A DNA stretch of 64,000 nt, from assembly GCA_964016885.1 (NCBI GenBank), contig OZ024740.1, positions 214,458,001-214,522,000 of the forward strand, read 5' to 3'. Of the stretch, positions 44,202 through 58,029 are shown piece by piece; position 1 is the stretch's first letter, and each line of letters starts with the position of its first letter. The stretch is from Eledone cirrhosa (Eukaryota). Made by a program: the position numbers and the translations under genes. Under the pieces are notes generated by a model, which did not search any database, had not been told where the DNA came from, and saw only the letters and a list, made by a program, of their open reading frames with translations.

Positions 44202-45872
44202 TTCCTGTGTCAGTGTTGAACAAAAAGGTGACGTGGTTGCCTTAACACCGTATGGCATAAATTCAGGCTGTTCAGTTTGTTTACAAACGAACAAAGCGAC
44301 TTTATAATAAGCGCCGCTAAACTGATACGTGCATATATGTATGTGTACCTGTATGCATATGTATGTATATATGTATATATATATATATATATGTGCATGC
44401 TACTGTACGTCTGTATACATATATGTATGTACGTATACATGCATACTTACATTTAAGTAAGTGCCATACTAAGAGTGAGAAATGAAATTTCGTTTTCATT
44501 TTGTTTCAATTTATCGTTTTCGGTATGCCTGACCGATTTAACTCACTCAATATGCAAATTAGGCTGCTCAGCCGTTAATTTTCATAAGGAAAGTATATAC
44601 TTTCGAACGTTCAACTATCTGGCAGATGGGTAAACGGTGCTGATGATAGCTAACAAGCTTGAAACTAGTACATCGTTCCTGTGTCAGTGTTGAACAAAAA
44701 GGTGACGTGGTTGCCTTAACACCGTATGGCATAAATTCAGGCTGTTCAGTTTGTTTACAAACGAACAAAGCGACTTTATAATAAGCGCCGCTAAACTGAT
44801 ACGTGCATATATGTATGTGTACCTGTATGCATATGTATGTATATATGTATATATATATATATATATGTGCATGCTACTGTACGTCTGTATACATATATGT
44901 ATGTACGTATACATGCATACTTACATTTAAGTAAGTGCCATACTAAGAGTGAGAAATGAAATTTCGTTTTCATTTTGTTTCAATTTATCGTTTTCGGTAT
45001 GCCTGACCGATTTAACTCACTCAATATGCAAATTAGGCTGCTCAGCCGTTAATTTTCATAAGGAAAGTATATACTTTCGAACGTTCAACTATCTGGCAGA
45101 TGGGTAAACGGTGCTGATGATAGCTAACAAGCTTGAAACTAGTACATCGTTCCTGTGTCAGTGTTGAACAAAAAGGTGACGTGGTTGCCTTAACACCGTA
45201 TGGCATAAATTCAGGCTGTTCAGTTTGTTTACAAACGAACAAAGCGACTTTATAATAAGCGCCGCTAAACTGATACGTGCATATATGTATGTGTACCTGT
45301 ATGCATATGTATGTATATATGTATATATATATATATATATGTGCATGCTACTGTACGTCTGTATACATATATGTATGTACGTATACATGCATACTTACAT
45401 TTAAGTAAGTGCCATACTAAGAGTGAGAAATGAAATTTCGTTTTCATTTTGTTTCAATTTATCGTTTTCGGTATGCCTGACCGATTTAACTCACTCAATA
45501 TGCAAATTAGGCTGCTCAGCCGTTAATTTTCATAAGGAAAGTATATACTTTCGAACGTTCAACTATCTGGCAGATGGGTAAACGGTGCTGATGATAGCTA
45601 ACAAGCTTGAAACTAGTACATCGTTCCTGTGTCAGTGTTGAACAAAAAGGTGACGTGGTTGCCTTAACACCGTATGGCATAAATTCAGGCTGTTCAGTTT
45701 GTTTACAAACGAACAAAGCGACTTTATAATAAGCGCCGCTAAACTGATACGTGCATATATGTATGTGTACCTGTATGCATATGTATGTATATATGTATAT
45801 ATATATATATATATGTGCATGCTACTGTACGTCTGTATACATATATGTATGTACGTATACATGCATACTTAC

Positions 45873-46428
<556 letters not shown>

Positions 46429-46445
46429 GCCATTGTTATATATGA

Positions 46446-46584
46446 AAGGGTGAAAGCAGCGATTCTTTGCTTAAACTTTAATCTGTTATTTTAATAAATA
46501 TTTGCTCTACGGTTCTTATATATTTGATATATATTTATCCTTATCGAGCCCTCTTTGGATTTTAGTCTTGAAATTTATTATTAT

Positions 46585-46589
<5 letters not shown>
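46446..46589 (+). mobile_element. 5'-truncated family B pseudo-LTR starting inside HHR stem II
   Basis: Reverse complement of 13288-13430. Begins aagggtgaaagcagcg and ends ttattactATA. Confidence 0.8.
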
Positions 46590-46657
<68 letters not shown>

Positions 46658-47223
46658 GTATATCTACCAACATATTTATACAGATGTATACTTACGCTAG
46701 CAAATATATAGGTTTTGTCTTAGTAACTTTGTGGATCAATGCAAATTGATTAACCTCGATGTCACGTGATTGATTCTTTTGAATTTACCACCGACCAAGA
46801 AGGCAGTGATTTTTTCAATGTCTTGGAATTTAGTCCGCGCTTGCTCTTTTCCATCCACTGAATTATTTTTGTATAAGTTTCCTATGTCCGCGCATCGCCA
46901 GGAATCTTAGCCGAGAATGACTCCCTGGTGAAGAAAGGTTTCTCCATGATCTCCATTTGAAGACTATGTATATCCCCTTTCAGAAACTAATTAGTTGGAG
47001 TGAAATTTAAGTAAGTTAATTACTATAATTTTCTTATTTTACGTCTTTCATATATATATATATATATATATATAATATGAGTTAAATATCGCTCTGGGTA
47101 CTAAATACCCATAGAAATATATAGGGTATCTATAATAGATGGTACTAATTTGAGATAACAGAACTATAAAAATTTGGCAATATATTTGCAGATTGTGGGA
47201 CTTAGTCCTATAGAGTGGAAATA

Positions 47224-47303
47224 GCTATCTGATGAACTTTACTTTTCCGTTAGAAATTCTCTGAATTTCTACTCTTTTGTAAAGCGAAACCGCCGGTAAT
47301 AGC
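47224..47303 (+). ncRNA. Type I hammerhead with extended stem II
   Basis: GCTAT-CTGATGA-a CTTTAC[..TAGAAATTC tct GAATTTCTA..]GTAAAG c-GAAA-CCGCCGG-TA-ATAGC. Confidence 0.75.
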
Positions 47304-47373
47304 ATTATGAACAGGTAGATATTTAAATAATTTTTTTAAGGAATTGTTTAATGTTTGTTTGTTCTGCTCATCT

Positions 47374-47485
<112 letters not shown>

Positions 47486-47499
47486 TATATATATATATA

Positions 47500-48062
47500 A
47501 AATTAATCTGAGTTTTTCGAATATTAATAATAATATTCGATTCGTTTGCAATTATGCAAACAAGCCTCACTTTAAAAGACATGTCAGTAGAATGAGCCCC
47601 CTCATGTTAGCATGTACATTTTTTTTTTTGTATTTGACAAAGCCGGCCATTAATCGCTCGTATACAGGAAACTGACTGGCCAGTCTGCTGATATGCAAAT
47701 CTAGCTGATCAGTGGATCTGCTAATATGCAGATCTGACTGATCAGCCAGTCTGCTAATATACAAATCAGGACGATCAGTCACTGTATATTTTCGAAAATA
47801 GCATATATTTTCACTAGCTCTGACAGTTGGCAAGTGAACAGTGAGCTGTACTGATGAAGGGTAATACTCTGAAACATTAGTGTCTGCAGTTCTGTTTACA
47901 TGCCAACACAAGAGCAAGAATGAGGCGCTCGTCCTACTGACATGGCTTTTAAAATGAGGCTTGTTTATATAATTGCAAACGAATCGAATATTATTATTAA
48001 TATTCGAAAACTCAGATTACATTTATTGTATTCAGCCGAGTAGAGCGAACATTTTTTAAAAA
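47500..48062. mobile_element. Fold-back pseudo-LTR-like insert with inverted ends of about 100 bp and internal repeats of about 33 bp
   Basis: 47503-47603 is the inverse of 47920-48019. Contains an HHR and is flanked by TA tracts. Confidence 0.75.
47843..47892 (+). ncRNA. Canonical type I hammerhead ribozyme
   Basis: GAGCTGTA-CTGATGA-AGGG taata CTCT-GAAA-CA ttag TG-TC-TGCAGTTC. Stem I has 8 bp including G-U pairs; site is GUC. Confidence 0.85.
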
Positions 48063-48078
48063 TTATATATATATGTGT

Positions 48079-48157
<79 letters not shown>

Positions 48158-48161
<4 letters not shown>

Positions 48162-48880
48162 CCGACGACATAGTTTTGGTGACAAACACAGTGAAGGATA
48201 AAAGGATTTGATGCAGGAGGTGGAGACTGTGTCGATGAGTGTGGGGCTGGGAATGAATGAGATTGAGACGAAATATCTGGTGGAGAATATTAAGAAGCCA
48301 GAGAAGATTACTAATGTAGGCGGGAAGCCGCTAGAATTGGTTGAGGACTTCCTGTATTTGGGAGCAAAGATTGGTAATACGGAAGTATTGGTAATTCGAG
48401 AGGAAGAGCAAAGCCTGGGCGGCGAGCCACAGCTTGAGATCGGTGTGGAAGTCGGACCTTCGTAAAGACCTGATGATCCGTCTCTTCGTTGCTGTAGTGG
48501 AGTCTGTGTTGCTGTACGGGTCTGAGACTTGGACACTGACCAAGAAACTCACTCAGATCGTGGATGGGTGCTACACGAGAATGCTGAGGATGGCTCTGAA
48601 CATTAATCAGTATACACCGAGGATGAAGAACTCAGAGCTGTACGGGAGCCTCCCAAAAGTCAGCTCAAATGTGAGACAGAGGAGATTGAGGTTAGCTGGA
48701 CATGCTCGCCGACATCCAGAGTTGACACTGCACTCAGTGCTCCTGTAGGAACCCCTGCATGGACACACTGGAAGAGGAAGACCGAGGTTAACATGTGTTG
48801 ATGCCCTAAGGACATGGCAGCGATAATGAGGGACAGAGACCGCTGGATAGAACTTGTTCATGGATCTCGGGAATTGTAAT
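48158..48880 (+). pseudogene. 5'-truncated RTE-like LINE (RT C-terminal half)
   Basis: FADDIVL, VEDFLYLG, ESVLLYGSETWTLT, RRLRLAGH, GRGRPRL. Confidence 0.85.
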
Positions 48881-48980
48881 CGTCCTAGATATATATATAT
48901 AATAGATATACATATATATATATATATATATATATGTATACATGTATATATATATATGTATATCTATTATATATATATAT

Positions 48981-49030
<50 letters not shown>

Positions 49031-49051
49031 AGAGAGAGAGAGAGAGGGAGG

Positions 49052-49100
<49 letters not shown>

Positions 49101-49357
49101 AGTCGTTTTGAAATACTAAAACAGGTAGGTGAAGAAATTTTAACACCTAGAAAATACGAGATTTATTACAGTAAACTGTACATAAGGCTACATACAATTT
49201 TTAATAGTATGAATTTCTTACTACGAACGTTTATGTAAGTACATAGAGAAAATATAACATCGAAAATATGGCCAATATTATTAATTATATCATATATGAT
49301 ATGATTAATAAATATGTATATGGAATTAGTATTGGTGCTCTGAAATGACAATGTATG

Positions 49358-49705
49358 TATATATGAATGTACGTATAGTATATTTGATAATATACTGTAT
49401 GTATATTTAATTACATTTTGAAGACCATTCGCTATGAGTTTTAAAGTAGTGACTACGTCACTTATTTGGTCTCGACAAAAGCAAAGGGAAGCAATTGACG
49501 GCCGTTTCTCGCTAGTTAGCGGTTGTCAAGATTACATATACTTTCGCTTCTGCCGAGAGTTATTGAAGCTGGATTCTTATAGAATTCCAGTGATGTTCAA
49601 GTGACGTAGTCACTACTTTAAAACTCATAGCGATGGTCTTCAAAAGGTTTTAAAATAAACATACAGTATATTATCAAATATACTATACGTACATTCATAT
49701 ATATA
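49358..49705. mobile_element. Fold-back insert with inverted arms of about 105 bp and a U3-A8 hammerhead
   Basis: 49358-49463 is the inverse of 49599-49705. HHR at 49491-49535 (-). Confidence 0.75.
49491..49535 (-). ncRNA. Minimal hammerhead, U3-A8 core variant
   Basis: Reverse strand reads GTAATC-TTGACAA-c CGCT aact AGCG a-GAAA-CGGCCG-TC-AATTGC. Confidence 0.6.
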
Positions 49706-49875
49706 TATATATCTGTGTGTACATGTATATATAATGTATATACACACACAGACACACACACATACACCCCCCCATATATATATATATATAAGATAGGGTG
49801 TAGTAAAAATCAGCTAGACCATAACCCACCAGAGTACTCGATACTTGGGGTAGTAAAGTGGGTCCTGAATCTTTT

Positions 49876-49943
<68 letters not shown>

Positions 49944-50636
49944 GCAGTTATGTCGAGGTAGTGATATCTTCTTCATAACTGTTAATTACACTTGTTCTTT
50001 GGTGAACAATAATAATAAAAAAGAAATAAACAAGTGGTGTAGCCAATCTCTTGATGGTGGTGTGCCGCACATTCACACCAATGTTCTCCGCTGAAGTTAT
50101 CAACAAAAGCCTGGAGCGAACGCCAGCGCCCATAATCGAAATAACACGTGCCAAGTCTAGCTTTTCAATCAATATTAACTTCCTTCTAACACCCGAACCT
50201 TTGGTACTCTATGTATAGCTCTCTCACTGTCCATTAACCTGTCTCGATGTCTTTGTGTTGTATGTATGCCTTTTGTAGGAGCAGTCAACTCCGCCGCCCA
50301 CACTCGCTGCAACAGAAATTAATTCTTCAAGTCGAAATTAACCGAAAAAAAGGAGAGATAACAAGTTTAGCTCAACCTTTCCTAGATTTCTTACGTCAGT
50401 TTGATAGACAAACAGAAATTGCGTTCCTCCTTTACTCTATCATGTAATTATATCTTTAAGTCTCTCTGTATCTGTGAGTCTGTGTGTGTGTGTAAGTATA
50501 TGTATATATATATATATTTATATATATATATATATGTATATGTATATATAGATATATATATATATGTATGTATGTATATATGTATATATGTATGTATATA
50601 TGTATATATATATATATATGTATGTATATATGTATG

Positions 50637-50686
<50 letters not shown>

Positions 50687-50734
50687 TACATATATATGTA
50701 TGTATATATATGTATATATATATGTACATATATG

Positions 50735-50789
<55 letters not shown>

Positions 50790-50828
50790 ATATATGTATA
50801 TATATATATATATGTACATATATGTATG

Positions 50829-50881
<53 letters not shown>

Positions 50882-50979
50882 TTATACACATATATGTGTG
50901 TGTATGTATGTATATATAACACTAATTGTTTTTGTATCTCTGTGTTTGTCATTTTTTATTATATGTAATGTGTGTGTGC

Positions 50980-51047
<68 letters not shown>

Positions 51048-51780
51048 ACACACATATATATATATATATATAAACACGCACATATATATATACATACATG
51101 TGTGTACGTGTGTGAGTGGTGTGTGTTGTGGTGTGGGATAACATGGTGCGTGTCCATAAATTAAATTAACCTTTCATTTAACAACTATGGATTTTTGCCA
51201 GTGTGCCAGGACATCTATGTTTGTGTGAGTGTGTGTGTGTGTCTGTGTGAGTGTACGTGAGATTGTGTATGTGTGTGTGAGTGTGTGTGGGGTGAGAGAG
51301 TGAGTATTTGTGTGTATGTACGTGTATTTATGTGTGTGAGTGTATGTGGAGTGAGAGGGTGAGTATATGTGTGTATGTACGTGTATTTGTGTGTGTGAGT
51401 GTGTGAGTGAGGTGTTCACAGCGTAATTTTATATTTGAATAATATTACGTAACAAATCTAGCCGATCCTCTCATATTACAAAGTTGCCAAACTAAGGCCT
51501 TCTCCTCCTCTTTATTTCTCTTTTACTCTCTCCCTCCTTCATTCCTTCTCTTTCACTCTTTATCTATCTATCTATCTATATCTATCTATCTATCTATTAT
51601 CTATATCTATCTACCTATCTATCCCACTCTATCTATATCACTATGTCTAACCTTTTCACCTGCTAAACCTTTTCAAAATTTACACTATGATAATACTACA
51701 CCATCATATTACTCTCTTTCTCTTTCTCTCTCACTCTCCTTCTCCCCCTCTCCCCCTCTATCTCTCTGTCTCTCCCCCCC

Positions 51781-51833
<53 letters not shown>

Positions 51834-52279
51834 TAAAAAGAATTCCAACTGTGTCTGATTTACTTGTTTTATTTACAATCCTTTAAAATTATAATGATAT
51901 AATGAAATAGTATGGTAGAATATTAAATGTTAAATGTTAATTGAACAAGTACTTTCATGCTTTCGCAATCTTCAGGTTCATATTCAGTGGTGACAGTCAA
52001 GTTTGCAATTTTCAACTGTAATGAGATGGCTAAAGTATGTGCCTTATATACAATAAAAAGGAGCTACAGAATGCTAAGTTTTGCAAACTATATTTCGACC
52101 AATCGGTGTGTGGTTTCACTAGGTTACTAAAGCTGATTAGTTTAGGCGCACGATTGGTTGAGCATGTCTAACGACTTCTATTTGACCCTATCCAAAGCAT
52201 CAATCGTTTTGCTATTTATAAAAAATCTTCAGTAATCATCAACATCAACATCACTTTTATTATTATTATTATTGTTGTT

Positions 52280-52394
52280 GTTCAAATCCCGCCGAGGTTA
52301 ACTTTGCCTTTCATCCTTACGGGGTCGATAAAATAAAGTACCAGTAATACACTGGGTAATTGCTGGCCTTGTGCCTAACGTAGAAACAATTATT

Positions 52395-52442
<48 letters not shown>
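52280..52442 (+). mobile_element. 5'-truncated SINE with (att)/(gtt)n tail
   Basis: Family core and tail present. Confidence 0.85.
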
Positions 52443-52504
52443 AGTGGTGGTAGTCGACATGGTCGTAGGCGTAGTCATAGTAGGAGTAATACCACTAAGC
52501 ATTA

Positions 52505-53875
52505 TTATTGTTCATTTAGCTTGGGCTGGAATTTATCAATAACATTCTTTTCTTTAATTGTTCTCTTGATTTCACTTGGGCTGTGTAGTTTGTAGAATGT
52601 AAATATTATAAATATTTTCTGACCACATGTTTCTAGATGGTTACTCAGGGGTATCTGAGGGACATTTGGGTCTCTGAGTTGTTGTCGGTGCACCCGTGCA
52701 CGTTCCGATAGTGCATTTCCAGTTTGACCGACATATATTTCTTCACAATTCGGGCATTTAATGCAGTAAATTAGATTTCTGCTTTTGCAGTTCATATTTG
52801 CATTTGGGAATATTTTTCCATTTTTTTGTGTTCATATATTGACCAGTATGTATGAAGTGACATGTGCCACATCGACTATCGTTACATTTAGATACAGTGA
52901 ATGATTGGTCTTTGTTGTTAAGGTCAAACTTTGCCTTTGTTAGTAATTGCTTCAAATTTTTCGGCTGTCTTTTACTAAGAATCAATGATCGGTCTGTGAT
53001 TAAACCTTTTAATTCATTACTTTGAGCAATGATCGGTAGGTTTGCTTTGGCAGTGTTGAAGATATTCTGGTGACATGGCCTGTGTGTCATTATAAATGGT
53101 ATGACCAGTTCTTGGTTTGTTCTTTCATTGGGTTGTCCTAAGTTGTTGTATAGGTATTTTTATAGCCCGCTGTATGCCATTTTCTATAAGTAGAGATGGG
53201 TATTTTTGTTTGAGCAAAAATTCTCTCATTTCTGTTAGGCGTTTGTTCCTGGTATTCGTATCTTCTACAATGGTACACATTCTTCTGGCTAGGCAGTATG
53301 GGATGTAACGTTTTGTATGAGGTGGATGGCACGACTTAAAATTCAGATATTGATGGGTGTCTGTGTGTTTATAGTATATATCCGTGGTAATGGTGGTGTC
53401 GTTTTTGATTACCATTATATCTAGGAATGGTAATTTGGTACTACTCATCTCTTTTGTAAATTGGAGAGATGGGTGTAGGTTATTCAGGAGGATATTGAAC
53501 TGATCCAGAGTATCTAGAGATTCTGTCCAGATGATGAAACAGTCGTCAAAGTATCTCTTCCAAGACTTTTCAATTTACTTTCTAAAGTCAGTACTATATT
53601 TTCGCTCTATTTCTTGGTAGAGTTGTTGTTCTAAGTATCCCATTACAGAGTTCGCGTAAACGGGAGCAACATTCGTTCCCATCGCTGTGCCTCTAATTTG
53701 GATGTAATTTGTTCCATTGAAGAAGAATGTATTGTTTTCCAGAATAAGTCTGACTACGTCTAATATAAATGGCACTGTGAATCTGGTGAGAATCACTTCT
53801 CTATGTTTTTCCACCCAGTATTTAACCGCCTTTATTCCTAAATCATGTGTAATGTTGGTGTAAAGGCTTACCATC
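52505..53875 (-). pseudogene. Second Neptune-like PLE RT-GIY-YIG ORF, 5'-truncated and frameshifted
   Basis: SLYTNI, GTAMGTNVAPVYAN, WKRYFDD, LPFLDI, KCNDSRCGTC, LIYCIKCPNCEEIYVGQT, FQPKLN. Confidence 0.9.
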
Positions 53876-53916
53876 AACACCATAAAAACAGAGCTGGCAT
53901 ATCTAAGAACTGACTA

Positions 53917-53972
53917 ACTGCCTGATGAGGTCATAGCCATTCAATGGCTATCATCGAAATATATATAGCAGT
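53917..53972 (+). ncRNA. Type I hammerhead in the inverted pseudo-LTR (~53875-54018) of the second Neptune element
   Basis: ACTGC-CTGATGA-GGT c ATAGCCA ttcaa TGGCTAT c ATC-GAAA-TATATA-TA-GCAGT. Confidence 0.8.
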
Positions 53973-54013
53973 AAATAAAGGATTATGACTTCATGCAATT
54001 GACTTATGTTTCG

Positions 54014-54501
<488 letters not shown>

Positions 54502-54846
54502 GTAAGTAAGGTACATGCCACATGACATGATTGAGCTAGCATCGTATTTAAAATTGAGTGGCAATGCTTCTAATGTTCAGCAATTTTTAGACAACTCAAC
54601 CAGAGAAACAATTGTTAGGCTGTAATTAAATCCCCCTTTTTTGTACTGTTGACCATGTTATTCTTCAGATTTTGTCAATTTTATTACTCCAATATAAACT
54701 TACATAGGAATACAAGTTAAATCATAAACTCGCCATCTACGTAAACCTCTTGTTGAGTCAAACAAAGCTGTACACTAAAACTATCCATAATAAGAAGTAT
54801 TCACAACCTCTAACTGGATTACCTATAACGATATTTTGTTATCCCT

Positions 54847-54886
<40 letters not shown>

Positions 54887-55187
54887 CGATCATTATACCA
54901 AAAGCTTATTATTTTTTATAAGCAGACAGTATCATTGATTTAGTTACCCGAGGGTCCGGGTAACTATTTCAATCATATCTTATTTTGTTTGACCCGTTTA
55001 GCTTGTTCGCTTTTTTGGCTTAGGTGGTTAATGGCTTCTTAACCATCGTCTCAGTTTTGTATGACCTTTTAACTTATGTTTATAGCTCTGGTATCTTCAT
55101 ATCCATGGAGCGCTTGTCAACACAATTCGGAAGTTGCGTTTCGCTAACTTCTACCCGCCGAAATGAGATTCTCGCTAAATTTATATT

Positions 55188-55252
<65 letters not shown>

Positions 55253-55903
55253 TTAATACATTAACAGAGAAAGCCATTAGCGATACTCCGACCAATTTCC
55301 AACTTTCTCAACAAACATTAGGAAATACCTAAGTATATTCCCAATTATACGTTTGGGGTGCTAACTATATTGTATTGTGTGGATAATCGGCTGTATTATT
55401 TTATGAGACATAATTAAATAAATCTCATTCCCCATACGATCGTTTCATTATAAGATTTCTACAAAGTGGGAGAAAAATGTCCTAGTTATGTAGAAGCCTG
55501 CATAAGATCAATGGATTCCCATGCAAGTGGGCTCTTATAACTCTTCATTGTGATGCCCAAGTAATATCAATATTAATAACTAAATTAATATTAATATTTA
55601 GCGATAATCACCGTCAGTGCTAGATAGAGCCGCTTAGTTTGAAAGTCCAGCAGTTCTACAAAAAACATCTCACACTGTCCCCAAATGGGATATATATATA
55701 AACATATAAACACACACTAGTAAAGATAGAATACATTAACCAATACACAGTCACCCAATCACGAACACACATCAAACAAAACACTATACACACGCAAACG
55801 CATGCACAAAGAAGACAAAAAAATAAACAAATAAATAAATATATAAACAGACTAAATAAAGATGGCGTAGAAGATACAATTCAACGGGAGGAAACAATAG
55901 CAC

Positions 55904-55941
55904 CACTGACGATGTTGCAGATGTGCAACGAAAGAACTTTG
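55904..55941 (+). ncRNA. Degenerate minimal hammerhead
   Basis: CA-CTGACGA-t GTTGCA gatg TGCAAC-GAAA-GAAC-TT-TG. Stem I is only 2 bp. Confidence 0.5.
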
Positions 55942-56159
55942 ATAAACTATATATATGTGTTTGTGTCTATATTGTATCTGCATTTTTGACCGTTGGTCAG
56001 TCAATGGCAACATTGAGGACCGAATAAATTAAATTAACCGATATAAAAGACACAGAAGCGAAAAGCGAAAACCAACCAAACAGTGAGTGTGTTCTGTTAT
56101 TAATTCTGGCAATATTACACAAATACGACCCTCCCCAAGTATATATATATATATATATA

Positions 56160-56212
56160 TATAAATGAAAGGTATAGAAATTGTTTTAGCGAGAAGCTAA
56201 TAGTATTCCATA

Positions 56213-56268
<56 letters not shown>

Positions 56269-56314
56269 GAAAGGTATAGAAATTGTTTTAGCGAGAAGCT
56301 AATAGTATTCCATA

Positions 56315-56382
<68 letters not shown>

Positions 56383-56428
56383 GAAAGGTATAGAAATTGT
56401 TTTAGCGAGAAGCTAATAGTATTCCATA

Positions 56429-56476
<48 letters not shown>

Positions 56477-56521
56477 GAAAGGTATAGAAATTGTTTTAGC
56501 GAGAAGCTAATAGTATTCCAT

Positions 56522-56525
<4 letters not shown>
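56160..56525. repeat. Four near-identical modules of about 50 bp separated by variable (CA)/(TA) tracts
   Basis: aaatgaaaggtatagaaattgttttagcgagaagctaatagtattccata at about 56163, 56265, 56379 and 56473. Confidence 0.9.
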
Positions 56526-56577
<52 letters not shown>

Positions 56578-56861
56578 TATAAATATAAATACACACACAC
56601 ATATATACGTATATATCTCCTTCTCCCTCTTACACTCCTTTCTCTGTTGCTCTCTTTTATTCACTAGTCTTATATAATTTCATTCAATTCCTCTCACCAT
56701 GTTTATGAAACTGATTTAAACTGATTCGCCATTTTCTTTTCATCTGCCCTCTTTAATAAAACTGTTTCACAAGCCGCCATGTTTGTCTTTTCATTACTAT
56801 AGTCCTCAACAGTTATTTACCTCTTTCTACTCTTTAACACATTTTTCATTTGATTGCCTTA

Positions 56862-57352
56862 TAATTGTTTCTACTTTAGGCACAAGGCCAGCAATTACCC
56901 AGTGCATTACCGGTACAATATGTTATCGACCCCGTAAGGATGAAAGGCAAAGTTAACCTCGGGGGGCATTTGAGCTCAAACCTTAAAGGACCGTAACTCT
57001 ATGCGTCAAAGCATGGTGTCCGACCCTCTACCGATACTGCTTTTGTCACAAGGCCAGCAATTATCCTGTACATTACTGGTACTTTATTTTATCGACCCTG
57101 TAAGGATGAAAGGTAAAGTAAACCTCGGCGGGATTTGGACCCAGATCATAAAGGGACGTAACTCTTTGCGTCAAAGCATGGCATTCGACCCTCTACCGTT
57201 ACATTGCCAATCCACCGCCCTTCATTACCTAATAATTGTTTTTACTTTAGGCACAAGGCCAGCAATTAACCAGTGCATTACTGGTACTTTATTTTATCGA
57301 CCCCGTAAGGATGAAAGGCAAAGTCAACCTCGGCGGCATTTGAACTCAGAAT
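56862..57352 (-). mobile_element. Three tandem SINE copies
   Basis: Family core repeated at ~56862-57040, ~57045-57225 and ~57232-57352. Confidence 0.85.
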
Positions 57353-58029
57353 AATGCTTGCTCGTTGCCAATGTAATTTAATATATGTGTGTATATGTAT
57401 GTATGAGTGTATGTATGGTCACTCTTGAGTGCTACTGGTAACATGTAGCCCAGTACAACCTGTCGCATGGTCGGGTCGTTGGCGACTAAACCGGCAACCC
57501 CACCAAGTTTACTTGGGAGGAGAGTGATTTGGGACACCCTGCAGGACAAAAAACAATACCTGACAAAGGGCGGAAGAACTCATAAGAGTCAACGGCCATC
57601 CAAAAGTGTGTAAATATGTATATGCACATGTACATATGTATGTATATGTGTATCTACATGGGTGCATGTGTATGTATATGCGCGGGGACATAGAAATAAT
57701 CGGGCTGGATTCCCGATCGCGCGGTTAAACCACTGGGAGTGAAGGACCCCTAGCCTTTGTCAGGGCATTCTTCTAGGAGAAGGCAACTCAGGAAACTGGG
57801 ATAACTCCGATATTAAACCTGCGGCTCAGTAGTTACCGATGATGTTGATCTTTTCTTCTTTTCGGGTTAGAGCTACTGTCGCTCAGAGAGTGGGATTGGC
57901 TCAGTGAACAGTCTTTCCTCACTTTAAAAAATATCTTCACGCACAGGCATTGCACGATAGAATTAATTAATAATTATTAATAATGTTATATCGTGCAATG
58001 GCCATACTCGATAACGAGGGGGCAGCCAT

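Noticed and set aside
41737-45862. Repeated 60-76 aa ORFs in the 474-bp monomers as a peptide gene array
   Set aside because: They cross microsatellites, lie antisense to the ribozyme strand and are not evidently preserved in the older subfamily.
56160-56525. CRISPR-like repeat-spacer pattern
   Set aside because: The spacers are just microsatellites.
57415-57900. GC-richer segment resembling a LINE 5' UTR with a possible HDV-like ribozyme
   Set aside because: I could not build a consistent nested double pseudoknot by eye; it needs a descriptor search.
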